Part shown: positions 31,891-40,634 of the stretch, one piece after another
How positions within the stretch are numbered: the stretch's first letter is position 1
How the letters are laid out: each line of letters opens with the position of its first letter
IMG/VR virus record: IMGVR_UViG_3300010430_000003
Coordinates: 1-64,000 of that record
Origin: a virus
Direction: 5' to 3' (one strand)
DNA length: 64,000 nt
The notes under the pieces: model-generated
Databases searched by the model: none
What the model saw: the letters and a program-made list of their open reading frames with translations, nothing else
What the model was told of the DNA's origin: nothing
Translations under genes and position numbers: made by a program

Positions 31891-32486
31891 TGCAACATAT
31901 TATTGATAAAGAAGAAGCTCTTGTCGAACAAAATACGAGTTATCGAGAGCATCGGATGATTTCTGATCAATATAAAATTCTAGCAACAAAGTTCTATAAT
32001 AAAATTTCTCATCGTCTTTCTAAGTTTGATGGGAATTTTTTGGAAATTGGAACATTCAATGGAATGGGAACCTCTAATCTTGCCAAAGAGTTCCCCGAAA
32101 AACAATTTTATGTAATTGATCCTTTTATTGAAGATGGTAATACAGGCTATATTGTAAACTCCTCATTAACCTCGCAGAGAAGAAATGCTCTGGCAAATTT
32201 TGAAGAACTTGAAAATATAGTATTGTTTGAAATGCGAAGTGATACGTTTAAAGATAAATGGATTGACAAAGTAGAAGATATTGATGTTATTTTTATAGAC
32301 GGCTCTCATATTTATGAAGATGTTAAAAATGATTTGGAGATAGTTGATCAAGTTTTAAAAATTAGTGGATATGTTTTTGTTGATGATTATCAAATTGAAG
32401 GTGTTAAAAAAGCATGTTTAGAGTTTTTGGATTCCCATGATAATTATGATAGAGTCGAGGAAGGCGTATTTAGAAGAATTAAATAA
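31890..32486 (+). CDS. class I SAM-dependent methyltransferase (Methyltransf_24-like)
   Basis: 198 aa. Has 'FLEIGTFNGMGT' (motif I, GxGxG-like), 'FYVIDPF' (motif II acidic) and 'VIFIDGSH...YVFVDDY', which is typical of this family. Confidence 0.6.
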   Translation: MQHIIDKEEALVEQNTSYREHRMISDQYKILATKFYNKISHRLSKFDGNFLEIGTFNGMGTSNLAKEFPEKQFYVIDPFIEDGNTGYIVNSSLTSQRRNALANFEELENIVLFEMRSDTFKDKWIDKVEDIDVIFIDGSHIYEDVKNDLEIVDQVLKISGYVFVDDYQIEGVKKACLEFLDSHDNYDRVEEGVFRRIK

Positions 32487-32497
32487 GGGTTTGATCA

Positions 32498-33586
32498 ATG
32501 GAAGAGCTTGGAGCATATGTTTGCAAAGCCAACATACCATCAGAAGGTTTAGAACATAATAGGAAAAAGAAGGGGTTTGCTCTTGGCTTTAGAGTTCTTT
32601 TTGAAGAATCTGTCAAAGACGGTGAGTTAGGGATTTTCTTCCCATTCGGTGCTGCACTGTCTGAAAAAGTAATAAATATAATCAATAACAATTTATCTTT
32701 AGCTAAAACCATTTCCATTAATAGAGTGGGGCATGTTATCCCTATTAGTTTAAATGGATCTTTTAGTGAGGGTGTTTTTATTTCAATGAAACACGCCCGA
32801 CATCTTTTTAGACAAAAAATAAATGAAGGATACAAAATTACTTCTAATAATCATTTGACTATTATTGGTAAAACAATGGATGTTTTTGCGCATGATTTGC
32901 GGAACAATCTCAAAAACCTCCCTATTGGTTCAATAGTATATTGTGTAGAGAAGATTGAAGGAAAGAATGTTGATATTGAATTTAGAAAAACAATTTTTGG
33001 AAGGATGAAATATAAGATAAATTCTGATTTGCACAAAGAAGAAGTTAAAAGAATTCTTACTAATGTTATTTTTAATGAAAAGGGAAAGATTATTATCCAC
33101 CCCAAAAATGGTGAGATTTTTAATTTTAAAATTATTGGGAGGGATGGGCATGGAACTTCTTTTAAAACTCTAGAAGTACTAAAGCCTGCCACATTAACAA
33201 AAGAATTTCAAAGAAAGATTCCATTTGATTATAATCTTAAAGATGCTGATGTATATTTAACTTCAATAAGAAGAAAGATTTCAAAAAAGGAGATAATTAA
33301 CTATACTTGGAAGGTTATTGAAAACAGAGCTTATGAAAATAATCTTAAAACAGTCCCTCTATTAAGAGAGATGAAAGTTGTTGAACATAATAAGTTGCTA
33401 ATGCAGTGTGTTGGTTTAACTGATACCCGCTCGTCAATTAACAACTTTGCTTTTAAAAAGGGCATCAATTTGTTTATTGAGCACGAAGAGAAAATAGATA
33501 GAATTCCATATTATTCATTTAAATATATTGATGCTTATTATAATTCAACCTTTCTTTGCAGAGCAAACTTTGATTTGGGTTTTTAA
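32498..33586 (+). CDS. RNA-ligase-like nucleotidyltransferase (tentative)
   Basis: 362 aa and visibly more AT-rich than its neighbours. 'IVYCVEKIEGKNVDIEF' resembles ligase motif I (K-x-[DE]-G). The N-terminal 'GFRVLFEESVKDGELGIFFPFGAALSEK' resembles the OB-like N-domain of DRB0094-type RNA ligases. The later motifs are unclear. Confidence 0.4.
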   Translation: MEELGAYVCKANIPSEGLEHNRKKKGFALGFRVLFEESVKDGELGIFFPFGAALSEKVINIINNNLSLAKTISINRVGHVIPISLNGSFSEGVFISMKHARHLFRQKINEGYKITSNNHLTIIGKTMDVFAHDLRNNLKNLPIGSIVYCVEKIEGKNVDIEFRKTIFGRMKYKINSDLHKEEVKRILTNVIFNEKGKIIIHPKNGEIFNFKIIGRDGHGTSFKTLEVLKPATLTKEFQRKIPFDYNLKDADVYLTSIRRKISKKEIINYTWKVIENRAYENNLKTVPLLREMKVVEHNKLLMQCVGLTDTRSSINNFAFKKGINLFIEHEEKIDRIPYYSFKYIDAYYNSTFLCRANFDLGF

Positions 33587-33603
33587 TGAAGAAGGATAAG
33601 TAA

Positions 33604-34029
33604 ATGGCAGGTATATGTTTTTTTTATGAGGACTCTGATGTTGATGTGTGGTCTGGTCATAATCTTGATGCGTGGAACTATGCTATTAAAGCCTCTGGTG
33701 GTATTAATAAGATAATCGTTGTAAATAAGACTGATCAAGTTCTTAACACTCCTGATGGTAATTTAGATTTTCAAGTGGTGTCTGAACTTCCGATTTTAGA
33801 GGATGCAATATATTTGGTTTGTCCATGGGAAGCTAACGAGTCATCAATCTCTCTTTGGGATTATGATCACTCCGCCGATTGGTATATTTTTGGACCTGCT
33901 CGTGGTTGGGTTTCCGAACCGAGAGAAAAGGCACAAACCATACATATTCCACAATCTGGGATTGGTGCTTTGCACTCTGTACACATAGCATCTGTTGTAA
34001 TGATGCATAGATATAAGGTTTTATTATGA
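33604..34029 (+). CDS. SPOUT-family (TrmL/TrmH-like) methyltransferase
   Basis: 141 aa. 'DWYIFGPARGW' and 'IHIPQSGIGALHSVHIASVVMMHRY' parallel the TrmL 'YLMFGPETRGL' and 'IRIP..SRSMNLSNAVSVVVYE' knot motifs. Confidence 0.5.
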   Translation: MAGICFFYEDSDVDVWSGHNLDAWNYAIKASGGINKIIVVNKTDQVLNTPDGNLDFQVVSELPILEDAIYLVCPWEANESSISLWDYDHSADWYIFGPARGWVSEPREKAQTIHIPQSGIGALHSVHIASVVMMHRYKVLL

Positions 34030-35606
34030 CTGTAGTGTTAAACGACGGTGAAGTTATAAATTCGGCGGACGCAACCACAGGTTTCAATGTTGGCAACATC
34101 AGCACCGATGATGATTTCGTTGAAGGAACTGGAGCTATTGGTCTGAAAGGGTCGCTCGGCCTTAATGAAATATACACGACTTCATTGGGAGCGGGCGCCC
34201 CATATGGTTTTGATGAAGGTAGTGGTGCTGACTTTGCTAATCATATTATAATGTGGTTCAATACAAAAACTTCAGTAAACACTACCACAGGTATTCAAAT
34301 TGTTGTCGGAAATGGCACAGATCGGGGTCGGTGGAACGTTATACCTTCCGGATTTTATAAAGGGGGATTCATTACTGCTGTTATTGACCCGGCTCGGGAT
34401 TTTGATGCGATTTCAGCAGGCACATGGAATCTTACAGGGAATCCGGGCCAGCTTACTAGCATTTCTGAAGTTGGTGGTGCATTTACTACATTGACTTCTA
34501 TCATGGGTAATTTCAATAACATTCAGTTAGATCAGATGACCCTCGGTCGTGGTTTGCGAATATATGATGGATCCGCTGGTTCACCAAATACTTTCGAAGA
34601 GGCAAGAGCACAAGACGAAGATACATCATTTTGGGGGTGGTGGTCATCTAAAGCAGGAAGTATTGTCGGTAAAGGTGGCCTAACGATTGGCCCTGCAACT
34701 GGGTCTGTTTCATGCAATTTTGATTCTACTGCGGAAAGTATTGTTTTTGAAGATGAACGTGTTTCCACGAATTTTTATAACATTAATTTAGAGGGGTCGG
34801 ACACAGATGTGATGTTTGATTTGATAAGCATTAGGGCTGCCGATTCCAGTATGGCTCGTTGGAATTTTGATGCTGCCAACCGTGGCGAGCCCAAATCTTT
34901 CTCGGATACGAACGGCGTTTGGGCCGGTGCTAATACATTAGCATTTCATTCCGCCAGCACATTAACGAATACGACATTTATTGATTGTACAACCGCCACA
35001 CAGAATTCTGGGACTTTAACAGGGATCTCTGTTTTGAGTGCCGATACCACGGATGGGGTTGCTTTCCTTCAAGTTGATGCCCCTCAACTACTTACTAATT
35101 CTTCTTTTGAGTTCTCTGCAGGTCATGCAATTGAACTGACAGAACCTGGAACATCATCATTTGCTGGTAATACGTTTACTGACTATTCTGGAGCGCTGGG
35201 GTCAAATTTAACACCAGCGTCAGGTTCAACCGGTGCCGCAATTTATAATAACAGCGGGGGTGGGGTTACTTTAAACATTCCACCGGGGGATGATATACCA
35301 AGTGTTCGAAATGGTGCAGGCTCATATACAGAGATTGCTGTAGGAGTTACTCATACAACAACTGGCTTAATTTCAGGTAGTATTGTTAGATACATTCAGT
35401 TGAGTGATACTTCTGTGCTACTAGACACAGGTTCATCTGGTTTAGGAATTGTTGAATATCCATATTCATATAGTTCCGATATCGACATTTGCATTTCAGT
35501 ACTTTCATTAGAATATCAAATCGAGCAATTTGATATTACGCTTGGCAACTCAGACGCAACGCTGGTTGTGGGGCAAGATGTCGATCGCATTTACAATAAT
35601 CCATAA
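34026..35606 (+). CDS. fibre/spike-like structural protein (Gly/Thr/Ser/Asp-rich)
   Basis: 526 aa with an ATGA overlap. GC-richer than the flanks and low in charged residues. Ends in '...DVDRIYNNP', a tail shared with the next gene. Confidence 0.55.
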   Translation: MTVVLNDGEVINSADATTGFNVGNISTDDDFVEGTGAIGLKGSLGLNEIYTTSLGAGAPYGFDEGSGADFANHIIMWFNTKTSVNTTTGIQIVVGNGTDRGRWNVIPSGFYKGGFITAVIDPARDFDAISAGTWNLTGNPGQLTSISEVGGAFTTLTSIMGNFNNIQLDQMTLGRGLRIYDGSAGSPNTFEEARAQDEDTSFWGWWSSKAGSIVGKGGLTIGPATGSVSCNFDSTAESIVFEDERVSTNFYNINLEGSDTDVMFDLISIRAADSSMARWNFDAANRGEPKSFSDTNGVWAGANTLAFHSASTLTNTTFIDCTTATQNSGTLTGISVLSADTTDGVAFLQVDAPQLLTNSSFEFSAGHAIELTEPGTSSFAGNTFTDYSGALGSNLTPASGSTGAAIYNNSGGGVTLNIPPGDDIPSVRNGAGSYTEIAVGVTHTTTGLISGSIVRYIQLSDTSVLLDTGSSGLGIVEYPYSYSSDIDICISVLSLEYQIEQFDITLGNSDATLVVGQDVDRIYNNP

Positions 35607-35676
35607 GATTTTAACTTTTAGAGACAAAATCACTATTTATATATGAAATTAACTTTCATTAGAGGAAACATGAAAA

Positions 35677-37248
35677 ATGGCAAAGTTGGTCGATCCGGAT
35701 TCCCTAAACAGGGCCACAGAAATTGTATTCAATACTGGTACAAAAACAATTCAGTTGGTTGTAGCAGGCAACCTTGATGATACAGCCCCCGGTAAAACCT
35801 CTGGTGTTACCCTCCAAGCTGTTTATTCTAAATGTAAAGAGTTATGGCAGTCTGAAACTTCTGACCTCGGAAGGCTTAAGTTTCCTTTTGACCCAATTAC
35901 TGAGGTTAAATTCGATCTTATCAATACTTGGGATTGGGAAGATCAACAAACTAAAGATCTAATTCGTGACGGCGGCTGGTCGTTGCGTGATACTGCAGGT
36001 GTTGCTACCGAAGAATACATGGGCATTATTTCTCTCGGTACTATGGATGATTCTGGTGCTGATCTTGGATACTATCAACAGATTTCAGGATTTAATCAAG
36101 TAACTTCTTCTTTTGATAAGACTGGTGAAATTAACGAACCTGTTCAAATTTCTGGATCTGGTTTTGATTATGATTCATTCTTCAAGATTTATCTCCGAGA
36201 ACAAGCAAAGCTTTATGACGAGTCGAATCTTTTGAGTGATCAGGATATTACAAGTCTTGACTATACTGTTTATCGTATTCCTCTCGCAAACACTGCTGAT
36301 CCAAAAGTTACACAAACAGATGGTTATATTGATGGCAATACGCCATACACTGGTATGACCATTGATTATCTTACAGGTAGTTTATATGAAACATATACGT
36401 CAGGGACGAATTATGTAATTGGTGATGTTGTCCAAGACACAGACTTAAGGTGGTATCGTGCTAACACTGCGCACAATGGACCTGCAACACGAACACCCTC
36501 CGCTTCACTTTGGGATGCTTATATTGGCGAAAGACAAATTGGTTCGTCATATTATGCCTATAATAGAATCGTTGAAGGTAATTCGGGTTCTCTAGAAGAA
36601 ATTTATGAATTCTGTCAGAGAGAGTTAAGACGTGATGGTGAAGTAAATGATGATGTAAGTGGTGATGCTTATGGTATTGTTTCTGGTGCTATTGCCGTTC
36701 CCTTCTGTACATTTGTTGGTGACACCTTGCAAACACAGGGTGGTGTCTATATTGATAACTTTGATGTAAATGATACGAACAGAATTCAGCTTTTTGATAT
36801 TACAGTTGATGGTGGTGGTATTGATACTGAATTAGTTCCTGTAACCACAACTCAAAGAACATTCCCATTCGTTGCTGCTGGTACAATGACCTTTAATGAT
36901 GAATTAGTAAATGATGCTAATGCAACATATGTTATGTACTTCACCAATGATGATGCCGGCGATGATGCCGGCAATGATTTTGATACTATTAATGCCATTG
37001 TTGTAGAAGATAATAATGGTAATGATATCTCTGGAACAATTACTGTTTCCGATGTTGCATTTGATTTCGATTATGACGGCAATGTCCAAAGGGGTGCTAT
37101 TTCATCAGGAACAGATGCCCCAGTAACTATTGTTGCACAGGGTCTTGATGGTGCACAGTGGGTTTCCGCTGAGTTCACAATTTCAAGAGCCACTGGACTT
37201 AGTTTCCCGGTCAACGCCGCGAAAGAGCGTGTTTACAATAATCCTTAA
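35677..37248 (+). CDS. fibre/spike-like structural protein
   Basis: 523 aa. AGAGGA lies upstream. Ends in '...AKERVYNNP'. Contains a 'DDAGDDAGND' repeat. Confidence 0.55.
   Translation: MAKLVDPDSLNRATEIVFNTGTKTIQLVVAGNLDDTAPGKTSGVTLQAVYSKCKELWQSETSDLGRLKFPFDPITEVKFDLINTWDWEDQQTKDLIRDGGWSLRDTAGVATEEYMGIISLGTMDDSGADLGYYQQISGFNQVTSSFDKTGEINEPVQISGSGFDYDSFFKIYLREQAKLYDESNLLSDQDITSLDYTVYRIPLANTADPKVTQTDGYIDGNTPYTGMTIDYLTGSLYETYTSGTNYVIGDVVQDTDLRWYRANTAHNGPATRTPSASLWDAYIGERQIGSSYYAYNRIVEGNSGSLEEIYEFCQRELRRDGEVNDDVSGDAYGIVSGAIAVPFCTFVGDTLQTQGGVYIDNFDVNDTNRIQLFDITVDGGGIDTELVPVTTTQRTFPFVAAGTMTFNDELVNDANATYVMYFTNDDAGDDAGNDFDTINAIVVEDNNGNDISGTITVSDVAFDFDYDGNVQRGAISSGTDAPVTIVAQGLDGAQWVSAEFTISRATGLSFPVNAAKERVYNNP
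36949..36972 (+). repeat. 12-nt tandem duplication (gatgatgccggc x2) inside the fibre-like gene
   Basis: Read directly from the sequence. It encodes DDAG-DDAG. Confidence 0.9.
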
Positions 37249-37268
37249 TGGTTAGATGAGAGATTTAA

Positions 37269-37646
37269 ATGGCTATTACTCTTAAAGATATTAATAACTT
37301 GTTGCTGCCTGGATTTCCTCATAGATTTCGACTTGAGAAAACAAAGGCAGAGGTTAGATATCGTCTTTATCGGAAGCGCAAGGAAGCGCAGGATGGTGTC
37401 CCTTATGATCTTGAAGAATGGATAATTGATTTCTTTGAAGAACAGGAAGATTTCCTAGGATGGGAAAATTTTGCAATTTATTGGGATGTTCATTATGAAG
37501 AAGGAGTTTGGGTTACTTTTATAAGAGACCACTCTGAATATGATGAATGGAATGCAAGAGTAAGAAAATTAACTGATGTGTTGCCAATGAAAAGAAAGAT
37601 TAAACAGCAACTTAAAAAGAGTGGTAACGATGGGAGTGAAAGTTGA
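37269..37646 (+). CDS. hypothetical protein
   Basis: 125-aa ORF, Trp/Glu-rich with a basic C-terminus. Confidence 0.55.
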   Translation: MAITLKDINNLLLPGFPHRFRLEKTKAEVRYRLYRKRKEAQDGVPYDLEEWIIDFFEEQEDFLGWENFAIYWDVHYEEGVWVTFIRDHSEYDEWNARVRKLTDVLPMKRKIKQQLKKSGNDGSES

Positions 37647-38133
37647 GTTCTTGCCCACTACAAGGGTTATTCAAGTAACGGAAGCTCCCGATCTTTCTGG
37701 TAATATTTCTATTGATTTTCAAACTGATATATATTCTGATGGAAAAGAGGATTGGCAACTTACGGGAACATTAACAGGAATGAATTTTCCTGTTCGTCCT
37801 GTTGGCGGCGATGAAATTAGTGCTGAGTTATCTCTCGGTGCCACTTTCTTCTTGCAGTATGGATGGAGAATAAGACCATATGAAGCAGATCATACATTAT
37901 TGATTGATGGTAATGTTTATACTGATGAAGGAGATTCCCCATATATCGCAACCACCGGATCATTTAATGTTCAAGTTCTTAACGCTCGGTCTAATCTAAT
38001 CGATCAGGTTGCTTCAGCAGCAGATATTGCTGATGCGGTTTGGGAAGCACCTCTTAATGAGTACCTTGATGAAAATGGTTCAATGGCATATAAAGTAATT
38101 AAGATTTCAAATGATGTTATCTTCACTAAGTAA
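37621..38133 (+). CDS. hypothetical tail-fibre-module protein
   Basis: 170-aa ORF. The track start is GTG at 37621, and the ATG at 37630 is an alternative. No named motif. Confidence 0.55.
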   Translation: MVTMGVKVEFLPTTRVIQVTEAPDLSGNISIDFQTDIYSDGKEDWQLTGTLTGMNFPVRPVGGDEISAELSLGATFFLQYGWRIRPYEADHTLLIDGNVYTDEGDSPYIATTGSFNVQVLNARSNLIDQVASAADIADAVWEAPLNEYLDENGSMAYKVIKISNDVIFTK

Positions 38134-38144
38134 GTAGGTTATAA

Positions 38145-38522
38145 ATGGCAGATAGAATTTTAAGTGTACAGTGGTTGTATTTAACACAGTCAGCAGATTT
38201 TACTTCCCCATCAGGGAGTGCTGAAATTGATATACCGTCCCCACAAGAAGTCCAGCGTTCTTGGGGTAGTTATAATACTAATGGTGCTCAATGGTTCCCC
38301 GCAGATGCTGTTACATATGTATTTGATGGAAGTAATACGGCTGATTTAGAATTGGTACAATCTGGATCAGTTGATGGACTCTCAACTGAAGGAATTAAAT
38401 TGGTTGCTGGTACAGAAAAAACAAATGGGCCATGGAGATTAAGAGGTGGACCACCTCATCATGTTTATTTGCCAACTTCTGGATCAAATCAAGTCCGAGT
38501 TACAGTGGTATTAGGTAGATAA
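38145..38522 (+). CDS. hypothetical structural protein
   Basis: 125-aa ORF, tightly spaced. Confidence 0.55.
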   Translation: MADRILSVQWLYLTQSADFTSPSGSAEIDIPSPQEVQRSWGSYNTNGAQWFPADAVTYVFDGSNTADLELVQSGSVDGLSTEGIKLVAGTEKTNGPWRLRGGPPHHVYLPTSGSNQVRVTVVLGR

Positions 38523-38531
38523 GGAGAGAAG

Positions 38532-38957
38532 ATGAGCAGTCACAGAAATGAACCACAATTAGGAAGTGTTGGACAATATCAGATGAGTGGCATTCCCTAT
38601 GCAACTTCTTCTTTTGATGTAAATTCTCATAGTGGTGGGGGTGGACCAACTGTTATTGAATTTCCAAATGTTACAAACTGGTTTTATGTTTCAAACCATG
38701 GAACTATAGACATTAGAGTTTCATTTTCTGAACTTGGGATTACGGGATCTGATGGCGGTGGAACAAACAACTATTTTATTATTCACAGAAGAACAGATAG
38801 TATAGCCCCTCCAGTATTTCATGCAAAGGTTTCAAGGATTTATCTGCTTGGGGATGATGGTGCAGCTACCGGTGATATTAGCATTTTCGCTGGATTGACA
38901 GGGATTGCTGGTGAGAAATTAATTACCAATTGGTCTGGTTCTATAGGCGTGGGCTAA
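38532..38957 (+). CDS. hypothetical structural protein
   Basis: 141-aa ORF. An AAGGAGAGAAG SD precedes the ATG. Confidence 0.6.
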   Translation: MSSHRNEPQLGSVGQYQMSGIPYATSSFDVNSHSGGGGPTVIEFPNVTNWFYVSNHGTIDIRVSFSELGITGSDGGGTNNYFIIHRRTDSIAPPVFHAKVSRIYLLGDDGAATGDISIFAGLTGIAGEKLITNWSGSIGVG

Positions 38958-38976
38958 TCTCTTATATTCTTATTTT

Positions 38977-39015
38977 ATCCTCTTGATGACTATTTAAGTT
39001 GCAAGAGGATTTTTT
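38977..39015 (+). terminator. intrinsic-terminator-like hairpin plus T-run, also carrying the downstream SD (module A)
   Basis: ATCCTCTTG (38977-38985) pairs with CAAGAGGAT (39002-39010). The loop is 16 nt and contains TATTTA (38991-38996). TTTTT follows, then the ATG at 39016. Confidence 0.55.
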
Positions 39016-39549
39016 ATGTCTTTAATCACTGTTAAAAAACGTCGGAAGGTCTATGTACAAGGTCAAAAAGCAGAATTGCGTATCAAGGGTGATTGGCATT
39101 GGGCTCATTATTATCTCGCAATATTTGCCTTTATTTCAAATATCTTTATTAAGGGATATAAAAAGAGATTCATGGAAGATTTCATTACCGTAAGTAAAGT
39201 TATCAAACCAGTTATTTATATTCCTATCAATCGCAAGGGAATCTCAAAGCAATCTCTTGAGCATGAGGTTGTTCACCTAAAACAAATGGGCGGTTTTTTC
39301 AAGAAGGTTGCTTATTCGTTTAATTATTTGTTAAGACCTAAAAAGAGATTTTTCTATGAATTGGAAGCCTATGAAGTCGAGCTTGGTTATATCTTGAAAG
39401 AAGAAGGAGAAATTCCTATTCGTGATAGAATTAAATATGCCAAGATAATGTCTAGCAAAATGTATTATAGCCCTGTTTCTTTTGAAGTTGCCTTGGAAGA
39501 AGTTCATAAGGTTTGTGATAAAATGGAGAAAGAGAGTGTCAATATTTAA
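39016..39549 (+). CDS. HExxH-motif protein, putative zinc metallopeptidase with an N-terminal hydrophobic segment
   Basis: 177 aa. Contains 'SLEHEVVHLKQ' (HExxH), 'YYLAIFAFISNIFI' (hydrophobic) and a downstream 'ELEAYEVE'. Confidence 0.4.
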   Translation: MSLITVKKRRKVYVQGQKAELRIKGDWHWAHYYLAIFAFISNIFIKGYKKRFMEDFITVSKVIKPVIYIPINRKGISKQSLEHEVVHLKQMGGFFKKVAYSFNYLLRPKKRFFYELEAYEVELGYILKEEGEIPIRDRIKYAKIMSSKMYYSPVSFEVALEEVHKVCDKMEKESVNI

Positions 39550-40627
39550 GTTTAAAGAAGAGGACATCTTCAGAAATACAGTTAGAACACATCCTTATGT
39601 GTCCTTTTTTATTTATGACGGAGAGATTTATCACAATCAACTCTTCCCCTCTTCTTCGTTGGGAGTATATTCCTTCATAACAAAACAAGGAACTCGCGAA
39701 TCATTTAAGACAGTTTCAACTTCTGAGTTTAATGAAAACTTTTTGTTTGGTGACACTCTAACTGGTAGTTCTATATCATATTTTTCAAGCACCTTGGAAC
39801 GAACAAGATATGATTCAAGTGCAAGAACTAAGATTAATGCTCTAAGAAATACGTTGGATTATTACAAGTATATTAGCCCACACTTTGCATATTCTTCTGA
39901 TTTGGGTAATAAGTCATCACAAGATATCAATTTAATTGAAATACCTGCCATCTTCTATGGGTCACGGATAAAACCAAAAAGCATGGAATGTAAGTTTTAT
40001 GTATCAGGTACGCTTGTTGGACATATTCAAGATCAGAACGGAAATGGTGAACTTATTCAAATAGGGCCAGAAGGAAGCGTCGGTTCTGGTTCTGTGGCGG
40101 GAGTTGTTTTATATAAAGAAGGTTTCTTGATTCTTACAGGTAGTTGGGATTTAACAGAAGAGGGTTTTGACTTCGAAGATGGTGCGGGCAATATTGATGG
40201 CAATTGGACTCACTTTGGAGGTGGCATTGATCCTTCTTTTGGGCCAAGTGTGATGCCCGAGATTTCATTTGAAATGAATTTTTCAGGGACACAAAGGGTG
40301 CAGAATGTTACGATGATGTGTCATGCTCTTGAGAGTGAATTGAATTATTCAAATAATCCCACATATGTTCAATACGGTCAGAAGAATACTGGTTCCTTAG
40401 ATTATGCTACCAAAACTCAATATAAAGAAGACGCACAACTTGTGATCAAAAATATTGCAAATAACGGTTATGCAGACCCCACTGGAAGTTTTGAGAAAAT
40501 TACATATATTAGTAAAGTTAAAATTTATGACGAAGATATGAACGTGATTGGTGTGGCAAAATTAGCTCAACCATTAAAGAAAAAAGAAAATCGTTCGTAT
40601 ACTGTTAAACTAAGTGTAGATGTGTGA
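39536..40627 (+). CDS. hypothetical structural protein (paralogue of 30829..31890)
   Basis: The track ORF starts at 39482 and overlaps the upstream gene by 68 nt. The in-frame GTG at 39536 follows a GGAGAAAGAGA SD. It shares 'SELNYSNNPTY' and the C-terminal 'TYISKVKIYDEDMNVIGVAKLAQPLKK' with the 30829 product. Confidence 0.6.
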   Translation: MSIFKFKEEDIFRNTVRTHPYVSFFIYDGEIYHNQLFPSSSLGVYSFITKQGTRESFKTVSTSEFNENFLFGDTLTGSSISYFSSTLERTRYDSSARTKINALRNTLDYYKYISPHFAYSSDLGNKSSQDINLIEIPAIFYGSRIKPKSMECKFYVSGTLVGHIQDQNGNGELIQIGPEGSVGSGSVAGVVLYKEGFLILTGSWDLTEEGFDFEDGAGNIDGNWTHFGGGIDPSFGPSVMPEISFEMNFSGTQRVQNVTMMCHALESELNYSNNPTYVQYGQKNTGSLDYATKTQYKEDAQLVIKNIANNGYADPTGSFEKITYISKVKIYDEDMNVIGVAKLAQPLKKKENRSYTVKLSVDV

Positions 40628-40634
40628 GGTTTAA

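Noticed and set aside
33587-33604. A 5-codon ORF (MKKDK*) between the ligase-like and SPOUT genes.
   Set aside because: It is too short to evaluate. The AAGAAGGATAAG sequence is more simply the SD region of the SPOUT gene.
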